A DNA stretch of 64,000 nucleotides. It comes from Leptogorgia sarmentosa. Lineage: Eukaryota. Made by a program: the position numbers and the translations under genes. The stretch covers positions 6,634,001 to 6,698,000 of the forward strand of contig OZ210885.1 of assembly GCA_964658305.1 (NCBI GenBank), read 5' to 3'. Every line of letters starts with the position of its first letter. The first letter of the stretch is position 1. Positions 63,701 through 64,000 of this stretch are shown here, piece by piece. The notes beneath the pieces were generated by a model. The model saw nothing but the letters and a program-made list of their open reading frames with translations, was not told the DNA's origin and ran no database searches.

Positions 63701-64000
63701 ACCATGATCATCATTATTCCAACATGAAATACAATTGATTTGTTCCTGGTGGCATTATGCGGTGTGGGGCTATCCATCACCATAGCTTCACTATTCCCTT
63801 GATTTGGTTTTGCAATATTTCTCATATATTGCTCTACTTTTTCTTCTGTATCATACATGTCATCACCTAAGTCGCTTTCCCATTTATCCAGACCATCGTA
63901 CAATTGACTATGAAATTCGAGTGCAGTGTTTAAAGTCTTTGTGCAATTGTTCCATTTTCTTTTCAAATTGCCACAAATTTTTATCTTGATTTTCAATTCG

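Larger units (their letters stand above)
32925..63724 (-). mobile_element. Copia LTR retrotransposon (decayed), outer shell of the nested stack
   Basis: 5' LTR 60466-60655 + 63709-63724 (split by hAT), PBS GGTTATGGGCCCAG, gag from 60352, zinc knuckle CYKCRQVGHIARNC, integrase split at a TTAA (...GEVLAKF|KNYITYVEN...LRTDNGGEY), RT (RFKARLVAQG, HQMDVKTAFLNG, VYVDD), RNase H (YSDADWAG, SSTEAEY), PPT at 33055-33063, 3' LTR ~32925-33054 (partial). No TSD recovered. Confidence 0.88.

Noticed and set aside
63673..63996. 107-aa ORF at the window end
   Set aside because: It runs into the Copia LTR and hAT TIR, has no recognisable motif, and sits at the window edge.

Overview
AT-rich metazoan genomic DNA with spliceosomal introns (marine-invertebrate/cnidarian-like by repeat content; this is inference). 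It consists almost entirely of transposable elements, and I can support no ordinary host gene, RNA gene or CRISPR array. Left half (1-32.9 kb): a Kolobok-type unit (apparently intact 8-exon THAP-DDE-CXC transposase, convergent with a KolX/P2X7-ballast-like gene), a piggyBac remnant, a MULE-SWIM-Ulp1 relic split by a near-complete CR1/L2-group LINE, Helitron and Mutator/Kolobok-like fragments, an hAT relic split by a DIRS-like element, THAP and Harbinger pseudogenes, and several MITEs. Right half (32.9-63.7 kb) is one nested stack with junctions readable to the base. A Copia element holds a second Kolobok (TTAA TSD). The Kolobok's KolX intron holds an unusual ~6.5-kb TIR transposon (TG...CA ends, TAA TSD) encoding a ~1,550-aa SAM + DDE + PHD-finger protein. 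That element in turn holds an intact Gypsy (identical LTRs, candidate self-priming site) and a BEL/Pao element. A near-intact hAT sits in the Copia 5' LTR. The best candidates for novelty are the SAM-DDE-PHD transposon and the tRNA-independent priming structure of the Gypsy element.
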